Shown: one piece after another, positions 35,601 through 44,820 of the stretch | Layout of the letters: the number at the start of each line of letters is the position of its first letter | Numbering within the stretch: the first letter of the stretch is position 1 | Assembly: GCF_902459465.1 (NCBI RefSeq) | Contig: NC_047070.1 | Span: 19,654,001-19,718,000, forward strand | From: Asterias rubens | Taxonomy: Eukaryota | Direction of reading: 5' to 3' | DNA: 64,000 nt | Notes under the pieces: model-generated | Database searches by the model: none | The model's input: only the letters and a program-made list of their open reading frames with translations | Told to the model about the DNA's origin: nothing | Translations under genes and position numbers: made by a program

Positions 35601-38221
35601 ATAAGAGTTGTGGAACTTGCACCGACTTTGTTATAAGCACTGTATGGTCTGGCATTAGAGTTCTTTGAAAAATTCTGCTGAGCAAGTGTTTTTGCTAAGC
35701 ACAAATGAGTGGTGCACCAGTTGCAACAATGTCAACTTTATGGAATTTTGGCTTGTAACCAGTTTCTGTTAAGCAAGAGTTGTCCGTGCTTAGCAAGTTT
35801 GTATGCTTACATGTATGCTTTATGAAATTGGGCCCTGATCATTACAAACCTTTGACAGCTTTAGACCTGAGTACAACTAGCAGCCCTAGACGATACAGCA
35901 CAGGGTCAAGGATATCAGCTCTGAGTAAAAATAACACAATTTTCACTCTCTCAGTTGTGGCAGAAATTAACATATTACTTGTAGTAAGAACTGAGAAGAG
36001 TCTTATAACCATTGCTGCTCAGTTGGCCCTTCAATGGCAAAACGTTAGAACTAAAAAATATAATTTTATGAATAAGCAACTGCAAGTACCAGGCAGGGAT
36101 TTAAGCTTTTTTTGGCATAGGACTAAAGTTTAAATAGAGGCTGGCACAGTGGTGGATTTCACAAAGAGTTGGGACTAGTCTTATCTCGAGTTAGGACCAG
36201 TTACTCGTCCTAACTTAGGACTATCCATGCAATTTGTATATCTCCTAGGACTAGTCCTAAGTTAGGACTAGTCCTAACTCTTTGTGAAATCGACCCCTGG
36301 TCATGTTATACTGTAGTCACATACATACATAGTATGCTTTTGAAACTTTTAAATGGGAAAAGCACCCTCAATTTACCAATAAACTATCAAACATGTAAAA
36401 GAAAAAATCTTTAGATTTGGGCTGTTTTGCCATGGAAGAGCCGAGGAGTACAGCGCCCAAGTTACTGGGTGTATGACTGTCCATTCTTATTGCCTAAACA
36501 CTAACAACAGTACACCCCCTATAATTAATAGCTAGAACTACAAAGAAACAATAATGGATTCAAAAAAATAATAACACCGGTAATAAATATTTACTTAAAG
36601 GCAGTGGACACTATTGGTAAAATACTCAAAATATTTATCAGCATAAACCTTTTGTGGTGACGAGTAATGGGGAGAGGTTGATGGTATAAAACATTGTGAG
36701 AAACGGCTCCCTCTGAAGTGCCATAATTTTCGACGAATTTGATTTCGAGACCTCAAGTTTAGAACTTGAGGTCTCGAAATCAACCATCTAAACGCACACA
36801 ACTTCGTGTGACAAGGGTGTTTTTTCTTTCATTATTATCTCCCAAGTTCGATGACCGATTGAGCTTAAATTTTTACAGGTTTGTTACTTTATGCATATGT
36901 TGAGATACACCAACTGTGAAGGCTAGACTTTGACAATTACCAATAGTGTCCACTGCCTTTAAAGACACTGGACACTATTGGTAATTGTCAAAGACCAGTC
37001 TTCTCACTTGGTGTATCTGCATAATGTGAAAATTTGAGCTGAATTGGTCGTCGAAGTTGTGAGATAATAATGGGAAAAAAAACCACCCTTGTCGCATGAA
37101 TTTGTATGCTTTCAGATGCTCGACTGCATAATGTGAAAATTTGAGCTGAATTGGTCGTCGAAGTTGTGAGATAATAATGGAAAAAAAAAACACCCTTGTC
37201 GCACGAATTTGTATGCTTTCAGATGCTCGATTTCGAGGAATTCAGAGGAAGCCCTTTCTCACAATGTTTTATGTATACTATCAACAGCTCCCCATTTCTC
37301 GCTACCAGTAATGTTTTTTGCTAACCTAATAACTATTTTGAATTAAAAAGCGCCCTTTACTAAAGGTTTTTATTAATACAATAGAATGGTCAACCAAAAG
37401 TAAAGGACAAAGTTAGTGATAAACCGCTTAAACAGGGCCAAATTGTAATGGTCATTGGAATTAGTGGAAAAGTTTCCGTATGGCGCCACCACTTTTTCAT
37501 TCGATATGAAATAATATAGACTTATAGTATCTAATTTACCTGATTGATATATCCTTTTTTGTAAAAATGAGTGAAAAAGTGGTGGCGCCATACGGAAAGT
37601 TATCCGAAAAAGTTTTTGTATCACCATGGTATCACGCACGCCACAACTTTTTTAAAGGTATCCCTTTTTGTAAAAATCAGTGAAGAAAGGGTGGCGTGAT
37701 CAGGAAAGTTATCAAAATTGAATACGTAAACTAACTTTTAATTTAATATACAAATAATATATAAGCAATAACTCAGTAAGCAGTTTTAAAATGACAGGAG
37801 TTGTTGAATGGTCATTGGAAAAAGTTTCCGTATCACGCACGCAACAACTTTTTAAGTTTAAGAATTAAGGTCTCCCTTTTTGTAAAAATTAGTGAAGAAG
37901 GGGTGGCGTGATACGGAAAGTTATCAAAATTTAATACTAATAATAATAACCTAATACGTAATTAACTTTTAATTTAATATACAAATATTAAGCAATAACT
38001 CAGTAAGCAGTTTTAAAATGACAGGAGTTGAGGTTTTGTTGTTTTGTTTTGTCAACAAATATTTTTCGAGCCGAGAAAAGAAAGAGATTTAACAAGTAGA
38101 CAAAAAAGAGAACGAACCTGCACCGAAATCCTGCCGTGCCGTAGCTGAAGACATTTTTGCCATTGTTTGGGTGTTTACTGGCCCCAATGGCAACAGAACC
38201 ACAAAGTGACGAATGATTCAT
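20687..38221 (-). CDS. PGM3: Phosphoacetylglucosamine mutase (PGM3/AGM1), 552 aa, 19 exons
   Basis: Exons 38221-38118, 35920-35850, 34944-34815, 32642-32547, 31527-31454, 30975-30939, 30281-30191, 29477-29322, 28114-28072, 26730-26647, 26160-26117, 25623-25510, 24786-24685, 24339-24284, 23453-23390, 22601-22479, 21745-21624, 21128-21077, 20782-20687 (1659 nt, all phases consistent). Motifs YGTAGFR, ITASHNP (catalytic Ser), DGDADR (metal), YFEANGHGT and RPSGTED are intact. Confidence 0.97.
21879..22323 (+). mobile_element. 5'-truncated RTE-clade LINE 3' end in a PGM3 intron
   Basis: ORF with LYGAETWTL...[14 protein letters not shown] and [12 protein letters not shown], typical of the RTE post-RT region. 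Short TGAT/TGAC tail. 8-bp TSD AATGTAAT at 21871-21878 and 22324-22331. Confidence 0.85.
22777..23060 (+). mobile_element. SINE with tRNA-Leu(CAA)-like head
   Basis: A-box TGGCCGAGCGG, B-box GGTTCGAATCC, anticodon arm CCGGA-TTCAAGC-TCTGG. The T-stem is broken and a non-tRNA body follows. Confidence 0.8.
24862..25509. repeat. Tandem array of a 295-bp unit (partial PGM3 exon 12 + donor + MITE)
   Basis: MITE starts at 24908 and 25203 give a period of 295 bp. Pseudo-exon copies lie at ~25073-25157 and ~25368-25453; the intron segment next to the real exon lacks the MITE. Confidence 0.9.
25073..25453 (-). pseudogene. Two degenerate partial copies of PGM3 exon 12
   Basis: Both keep the CTA|gtaagt donor but share a net 17-nt deletion that removes the YANGSS motif, and both lack the exon's acceptor. 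Confidence 0.8.
26320..26460. mobile_element. Palindromic element with a central GCCGAAGGCC hairpin (possibly Crypton-like non-autonomous)
   Basis: tcccatatccaac-aatgccgaaggccga-gttggatatggga. Similar architecture at ~24530-24610, ~61980-62105 and ~8400-8556. Superfamily assignment is tentative. Confidence 0.4.
26940..27124. mobile_element. Harbinger-type MITE (TWA TSD)
   Basis: TTA|AGTCCAAGTCACACAGGCCCCGATAA...TTATCGGGGCCTGTGTGACTTGGCCT|TTA. Related copy at ~56050-56212. Confidence 0.8.
29903..30133. mobile_element. AT-TSD-type MITE (~230 bp)
   Basis: ATAGACCCATTGCACAATGCGCAGCGCAC...GTGCGCTGCGCTTTGTGCAAGGGGTCTTT. Confidence 0.7.
31070..31225 (+). repeat. Interspersed repeat family AATATTTGGTTTGCGGTAACACCATGTGTGTATCTAC
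   Basis: Copies at ~730-830 (+), ~3400-3530 (-), ~49040-49140 (+) and ~49260-49752 (-, interrupted). Class unknown. Confidence 0.7.
32695..33240 (-). mobile_element. tRNA-Leu-headed SINE with an (ATT)n L2-like tail, interrupted by a Harbinger MITE
   Basis: Reverse strand reads TGGCCTAGCGGTTAAGAGCAC...GGTTCAAGTCC, then body and (ATT)n tail. Tail fragments also at ~6000-6165 and ~54600-54670. Confidence 0.7.
32795..32929. mobile_element. Harbinger-type MITE nested in a SINE tail
   Basis: TIR GGCCGTGTCCGAATTGGCGAC / GTCGCCAATTCGGACACGGCC, flanked by taa/tag. Partial copy near 50716-50762. Confidence 0.8.
33613..33971. mobile_element. Second Kolobok-type MITE family
   Basis: TTAA|AGATGCTATGTCAGATT...AATCCGACATAGCATCT|TTAA. 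Confidence 0.8.
35269..35462. repeat. Degenerate 16/17-bp tandem repeat (GACAACTCnACnnTnn)
   Basis: About 11 units with a GACAACTC core; the first units alternate 16 and 17 bp. Confidence 0.75.
36147..36299. mobile_element. CWG-TSD MITE (Harbinger/PHIS-type) built from TAGGACTAGTCCTA palindromes
   Basis: TIR GGTGGATTTCACAAAGAGTT; reverse-orientation copy at 60686-60839. Confidence 0.8.
36595..37340. mobile_element. Kolobok-type MITE (36595-36962) abutting an inverted, internally duplicated second copy through one shared TTAA
   Basis: ...GTGTCCACTGCCT|TTAA|AGACACTGGACACTATTGG... An approximately 110-bp internal direct repeat lies at ~37015-37230. Confidence 0.8.
37608..38030. repeat. ~210-bp tandem duplication at the start of PGM3 intron 1
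   Basis: 37608-37803 matches 37820-38030, sharing ...taagcaataactcagtaagcagttttaaaatgacaggagttg. Confidence 0.75.
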
Positions 38222-39353
38222 CTTGCAAAATTCTAGAATTATGCTCTGATATTTTGTGCGAAGTTGTCTTTGTTATTCAGGCAGGTGTGAAATATATTAA
38301 CGTCATGGACAGACAACGTGTCCTTGGTCAGCTGTGAATGTACGTGTGCATCACATACGTCAGTTACCGTGCATGTCGTGCAGAACGCATGGCACAAAAC
38401 GTGCCCACAAATAAACTGAATACTGCCACCAAGTGCTGAGGTCCAGATTTCACATTTTTTGGTGGGAGGGCGGGGAGAAGGGGGGGGGGTAGCCTGAACA
38501 TCTTACGTCACACTTCGAGAAGACAGAACCCAGTCTAAGGGGGGGGGGGAGGGGGGGTACTAACATTTAAAGGTGGTCTTGCTTTTGAGATGTCGTTCAA
38601 AATCCAGGATCAAAACTCATATATTTGTCCTCTACCACATTACTTCATGTGATGATTCTCAACTTTGACCCGAAAGCTCCTGTACTTCGAACCAGACTTG
38701 TTATTGCCAGTAATTTCAATGTGTAAGATTAAAGATATAGTTCTTTACAGAACGCCCCCCCCCCCCAAGAAAACAAACCATAAACAACAACAGCGACAAG
38801 CCACTCCAATAAACAAACAAAAACGACAACAACTTATTTTCAAATTTCTGTTTTATTATCACCTCTTTATTTGTGTCATGTTGTAAGTGTTAATCATTTA
38901 ACTCATTATTTTACCAGGTACAATATTTGTATTTGTGTATACTTTGCATTGCCAAGAATAACAGGTTATATAATATTTTTTTGTGGTACACTAGAACTTC
39001 TTGAAAAATTAAGGTTCAATATCATTGTCTAAAGTTTGGTCACCAGTTTCCTTATTCGCAGTAAGTAGTCTTCATGATTGTTAAGTTGATTTTATTCACT
39101 AATTAATTTGTTAATATTGTTTGACTATAATCTTTTTCGCCGTGTAGTTTTCCCGCCCAACATTTTTGAAAAATATACCGGTAGGCCTACGTTGTAAATA
39201 AATGAACACTAAGTACCCCCTACCTGTTTGGTAACTGAAATTTTTGTTCTAATTAAGAAGCAGTAAGAGAACCTGATGTGATTCATCAATTCGATAGTTA
39301 TAGACAAGAAAAGATAATTGAAAAATGGATATTGTAAGGCCGATAAACAGTTT

Positions 39354-42300
39354 CTAAAGGCAGTTGCACATCTTCTCAACTGGTGTTGATGGGGGTTGCA
39401 CTTCGGTCTGTCTCTCCTCTTCTGTAACCGGTAAGTTGGCATCGATTTCCTCTTGGGTTGACGGTCCTGGTTCTGGTTCAGAAAGGGCCTTCTCGGTGAT
39501 CTCCTCCGTCTTATTGCTGGCTTCATTGGTGTCTGTCTTCTGGCTTTTCTTTAGGGCTGTCTTGTGAAGGAGCTCCCCTCCGCCTACACGCTCGTAGTAG
39601 CCGAGTTTGTTGAAGAAAGGATCCCCCAGGGTGTCGTCATTCTCTCTCCCCGTCTCCCCGGGCTTCATGCCGTCGGCAAATCTCACACGAGTCTCGGTGT
39701 TGTTCTCATTCTTACTCGATGAAAGCCTGAGGTCTGAGGTAGAGGCCCTGTTTTCCTCCAGAAAGGCAGTGGGGTTGAAAGCATCTTCGTCCAGTTCTTG
39801 AGCGGGTCGAGTGTTCATGACTTCATCGATCTCACGTTGGGCTTGTTGCTCTTTTTGCTCCTGGATTATAGCAACCTGTATCTCTGGGTTCTCCTGCTGT
39901 TCGCTTGTGATTTGAGGTACCCATGCATCTTGATCGTATAACAAATCCTCGCCACTGTCGACACCGAAGTCTTTCGATGTTTGGGTGGCAACTGACTGCC
40001 CTGTACTGACAGCTAAAGGTGTGGGTTTGTAATAACTTGCACTGCGGTTTACCTCCTCGGCCTTCTCTTCATGCTGGGCGGGGGTATCTTGTTTTGGAGT
40101 GCTGTCAGGGAACGACACGAACTGTCCAGTGCGCACCATTTCTCCGTAGACGTCCGCCATCATGCTGTCAGCGTAGTGCATCAAGGCGTTGTAGGGTCTA
40201 TTACCGGTAAACTTCGGCATCATACGTTTCATGTCGCGACGAAATCCGTACGTGCACTGGGTGACACCTTTGTTTTGATTGGTGGACTGGGAGGTGATTG
40301 CTTTACTGCGCGAGTCCTCTTTGAAGCCATCCATACGAACTTCAGGTTCTTGCTTCTCCAACATAGCGGCAGAAATGCGATCCTTTGAGATCCCTCTGGT
40401 CGAGGTGTCCGTGTGAGCCTCTTGGTTTTCGTATGCGTGTGCAGTTGGGGTCGCTGCAACACGGGGTAAGTTGGCATCCCGGTGCTTCGGTCTGGCTTGT
40501 TGTGAGGAGGTCTGTTCTTGAGAACTGTTAATGAGTGAAGCTACGAAGTCAAAACTCTGGTTCTCGATTTCTTCTTCAGCCATTGCAAGTCTGATCGCAT
40601 CGAACATGTTCATCATGGCGTCACGGTGACGAGTTGCCAGGAACTTTGGAAGTGCCTTCTTGATCTCAGCCCTTCGAGCGTACGTATAGCTAGAGTTGAG
40701 GAAGCTCCCCGCCCCTTTGGTCTTGTTGGATCCTTTTGGAGAAGCCTTGACTGCTCGAGCTTTAGGGGATTTCGTGGAAGTAACTTCAGTCCTGAAGTCA
40801 GCATCATCGCGAGTATCAAAGAGAGCATCTTGATCCAACTCTACCTTGTCTGGAAGAGCCTTGGCTACAGTGCGTCCAACTGGTGCAGCGACCACATCCA
40901 TGTCTCCACTGATAGCCCACTGCGCGGCACACATCAAGGCCTTGACATTGGCTGACACGCTGTACCTCCTCATGGATGCTTTGTTAGCCTTCCTCAGTGC
41001 ATAGGTGTTGGCTGTGCTCTGTGATTCCCCATCGGTGTCGGCGAAGCGGTAGTATACCTGATTTCGCCGGTCTGGTGCCGGCTTGTTGCCGGTGGGTCTA
41101 CTACGGTTACCGCCAGGTTGAGTATTAGCTTTCTTAGTAGAAGCCGGGGACTTATCAACAGCTACCTCTTTGCCAAGTTCCTTAACCTTAGCAACACTGA
41201 GACCAGCACTTCCTGGCTTTTTACCAGAAGATAGCTTTCTACCGGTCTCCTTGAAGTGACGCATGGCAATTTTCAGAATGTGCTCGACGATGAATCGGGC
41301 CTGACGGCGTAGAGTCGTCTCGCTGACAGTGGTACTGGTAGTACCGGCACCACGTTTCTTCGTACGGGAAACTTTCTTGTCTTGGTCGAGAGAAGTTTGA
41401 GGAAGCTGCCTAATCCTCCGAATCAACCGACTGCAAAAGAAAGGATAAAAAGGAAAACTAAATCTCTTTTCTGTAAATCCATTCCATGAGTGTTGTTATG
41501 GGGTCATCAGATCCGGGCTTGACTCAAATAAAAATGTAAATCAACCAGGAGATGGTTGCAAGTCTGTCACGTAAAAACGTGCACGGTCAAGGTGCTCGTT
41601 CCTTATTCACAACACAATACAATGTGGAACTACTCTCGTTATGCATCTGGTTTATATACTTATTCAGCTTTGACGTTAGTCAGTTAACCAGGAGCTGGCT
41701 TCTTATTCACTAACGGTAAATCAATCGGGAATTGGTTCATAGGTATATCAATAGTGAACCGGAAACTTGATTCTTATTCTCATGGAAATCAATATAAAAG
41801 AGGGAACTTTTCATTCATAATAGTGTTTGGCCCAATCGAACACTAATTCATGAAAGATGTTGGTTTGAGAGCACCAAAACAAAAGATAACGAACCTAAGT
41901 ATATTTAAACAAAATAATAAACTTTGAAGGTTAATAATGAAATACAAAATGTGAAAAATTACTTTTCGATCCTCTTGATAACTTCATCGATAAGAAAGTC
42001 AATGTCCTGAGGAGTCCCACATGGTTTGCCCTGTACAAATCTATCCAGAAGCTCCCCCATCTTACTAGAATTTCCCAGGCTGGTCTGCCGTACGGCATCC
42101 GCCAGATCTGTTATGAAGAAAAAGAGTACATAAAGGTGTACCCCCACTAAATACATTCCCTAAAGCATACAGTGCAAAACATTCAAAAATACACGAAAAG
42201 TACCTACAAGTCTCGCAGATTTGTTTTTGCTGTAAAGGGGCAATTATTCATTGACTCTTGAACTCTGACCCTCCTCAATTTGGGGGGTCCCTGGGCCCGT

Positions 42301-43216
42301 CGAGTTTATTCCCCCGGGCCTCGAACCCCCAAACGCCCCTACACCAGGGTAATTTTTTTCAAACGTCCAAACATCAACCATGAAAAAATAATGACCCTAC
42401 ACATCTCAGCAAATAGGACCAATTTTGTTGGGCCCAATGTCAACAATTCTTGAATTTTTGTAAAACTGAAACCCTGGGGGTCTCTAATTTGTAGAAGTTT
42501 TCCACCATGACCAACTTTAAATTTATACCATGCCAGGGTTTACAGGAGACGGTTTGTGTCAACGGTGGACTTTTTAATAATAACAATAATGATAATAATA
42601 ATAGGACTTGATGCGCACATATCCACCCTGCTGGGTGTTCAAGGCGCAGTAAAACCAAAACCAAACAAAAACAAAACAAAGAAAAACAGACACAACAAAA
42701 TTAGTCATTGAAAACCTGTGACATAAGATAAGTTTTGAGAAGAGACTTGAATTTTGTGGTACAAAGACAAGATCTAAGATTAAGTGGTAGAGAGTGCCAG
42801 AAGAAAACGACCTGTCACCCCATGAGTGTCGAGACTTGGGTTCAATGAGGAGAAGAATGGAACTTGATCGAAGATTCCTTGATGGAGTGTAAACTTGAAG
42901 CAGTTCAGAAATATAGTGGGGAGCCTTGCCATTAAGAGCTTTGTGGACAATGAGCATTAGCTTGAAGATGATTCGTTGAGAGATAGGGAGCCAGTGTAGT
43001 TGTTTCAGAATGGGGGTGATAGAACAGGATTTTCTAGACAGTGTCACAATGCGGGCAGCAGTATTTTTGAGACGATGCCAATAACAGCGGGCGGCTCACC
43101 GGTTCGTTTTGGGTTTTTTTTGTTATCACAAAAGGAAGTCGAAATTTGTTAACATTCTAACAAATAATACTTGAAGTAAAACAATTCAAAATCTACTTAC
43201 TTTGTTTACGAGTCAT
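39354..43216 (-). CDS. Uncharacterised 745-aa, largely low-complexity protein; candidate A-kinase anchoring protein
   Basis: Exons 43216-43201 (accATGa, AAA|gtaagt), 42107-41963 and 41430-39354 (2238 nt, phases 1 and 2 match, polypyrimidine acceptors). The 2077-nt exon is stop-free and GC-rich against an AT-rich background. No known domain recognised; the first exon is the least certain. Confidence 0.82.
42575..43075 (-). mobile_element. L2-clade LINE 3' fragment in intron 1 of the uncharacterised gene
   Basis: SITPILKQLHWLPISQRIIFKL...APHYISELL...RNLRSS...WGDRSFS, a classic L2 C-terminus, followed by an (ATT)n tail. Confidence 0.88.
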
Positions 43217-44519
43217 GGTAATGATGTTAATCCAAGTTTAGGTTGAAAATATAATGTATCCCAGTTCCCTCCCCCCTTAAGCTGAACCCCTAAACTTTCC
43301 AGTCGTTCTACGTCAACGTACAAACGCGCTCTGTATCTCTACTGGCCCCGTTACACCGTGTTGGAGCATGCCAGCATGAGTTCGTGCATGTTGCTATGAT
43401 AAACTGTGAACGCACTGGCGCGTATGCGCGTAACTAAGGTACGCATCTTGCGTCACCACACACACCTTCATGCGAAAGGGAATGCGAAGCAAAATTTAGT
43501 GACGTAACAACCCGTACGCGCGCCCTTTCAATTGTGACGCAAGAATATTCAATTCAATTCAATTCAATTCACTTTTGCAGAAAGTATGAACCGTGGATCG
43601 AGAGAGGATGGAGGGAACTGATTGACGAGTGTCCGCAAGGGGTGTCCCTAGGGTCAGAAGACTTATGGGATAGGGAACAGGTAACAGGTTTTAACCGAGC
43701 TTTAGGCATACACATTTGTTGCCTCTTTTGCATTTCAATAATGATTATAATTATGCAAAAGACGCATACACGTGCACGTCATAATGCGTATAAAAAAATA
43801 GCCATACTTAGCATTCCCAAAGTTAAGGAAGTTCTAATTTCACCAAATTTGTAAAAGGAGGTCTTTTTAAAGTAATTATATTATGGTCACAGATAAATTT
43901 TGACCTTTGCATGTGACGTTGTTCAATTATCATTTATTTAACCTCTTATTTAAATTATATGAAAAAAATCATTTGATAAAATTATTTCATTAACATCGTC
44001 TTTACAGATAATGACTACTAACTAACCAATAACAATATGAAGTGATAAAAAGGTAGTTCTTTGTCAGGTGGGTTTTCATAAGTCGTAAAAGTTTTCATTT
44101 TCATCCTAAACTTAATAGTTACAAACAAATAACAGCTGAACAAGTTTTCAGATGTGCCTGATTTATCCACATTAAATGTTTGATAAAAATCACAGTTACT
44201 CAAAAATAAAATGTCTTGTTCCATTTGGCTGTGTACAAATTCTGTCTGCAGGAAGTCAGGTTCTGTGTCTCTCCTGTATATAAACGTAATGGCACGTTGT
44301 CTATAGTTCGATACTATTGCCCAGTTGTCAATAATTGATATTAAAGTGTACCATACAAAAGAAAATAAATAAAGATGTATACATATATACTTTCATTCTA
44401 AAAACCTTCATAACACCATTTGCCCAAAAGGCAACTTGTATAACAAAATGTAAACAAATAAAATTGACGTACCGATGTTAAAGGTATGTGTTTCTACATA
44501 TTATTTTACTTTCTTTCAG

Positions 44520-44735
44520 TAACAACGAGGCGAGTCCTTTCTCTTTCGATAACTGCACGGTGTTATTTTACGTGCGTCACAAAACACACAGGACCAATGG
44601 CTTTACGTCCCATCCGAATGATGCAGTAGTTAAGGGCCAATGCCACGATTGGGACTCGAACGTACACTCTGATGATCAGAAGCACCAGAGTTTGAATCCG
44701 GTGCTCTTAACCGTTAGGCCATGATACGCCACAAT
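44520..44735 (-). mobile_element. tRNA-Leu-headed SINE just downstream of the MCT stop codon
   Basis: Reverse strand reads TGGCCTAACGGTTAAGAGCACCGGATTCAAACTCTGG...GTTCGAGTCC; same body as 33060-33240. Confidence 0.7.
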
Positions 44736-44820
44736 TACCAAAGGTCAGTGTCCCTTTAAGTTCGCTTTTCTTAGAGTACTTGGCTTAACAACCAGAATCG
44801 GAGCCCATGTTTGGTTTGAA

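Noticed and set aside
40180-40230. MPKFTGNRPY resembling the retrotransposon Gag 'PxxFxG' motif
   Set aside because: There are no other Gag or pol features or LTRs, the gene is spliced, and the motif is too short to support domestication.
39209-40955. Overlapping and antisense ORFs within the large exon (likewise 12007-13884 in the BTB-ZF gene)
   Set aside because: These are expected shadow frames of GC-rich coding sequence.
43390-43404. RFX X-box-like GTTGCTATGATAAAC upstream of the uncharacterised gene
   Set aside because: The second half-site and the spacing do not fit the consensus.
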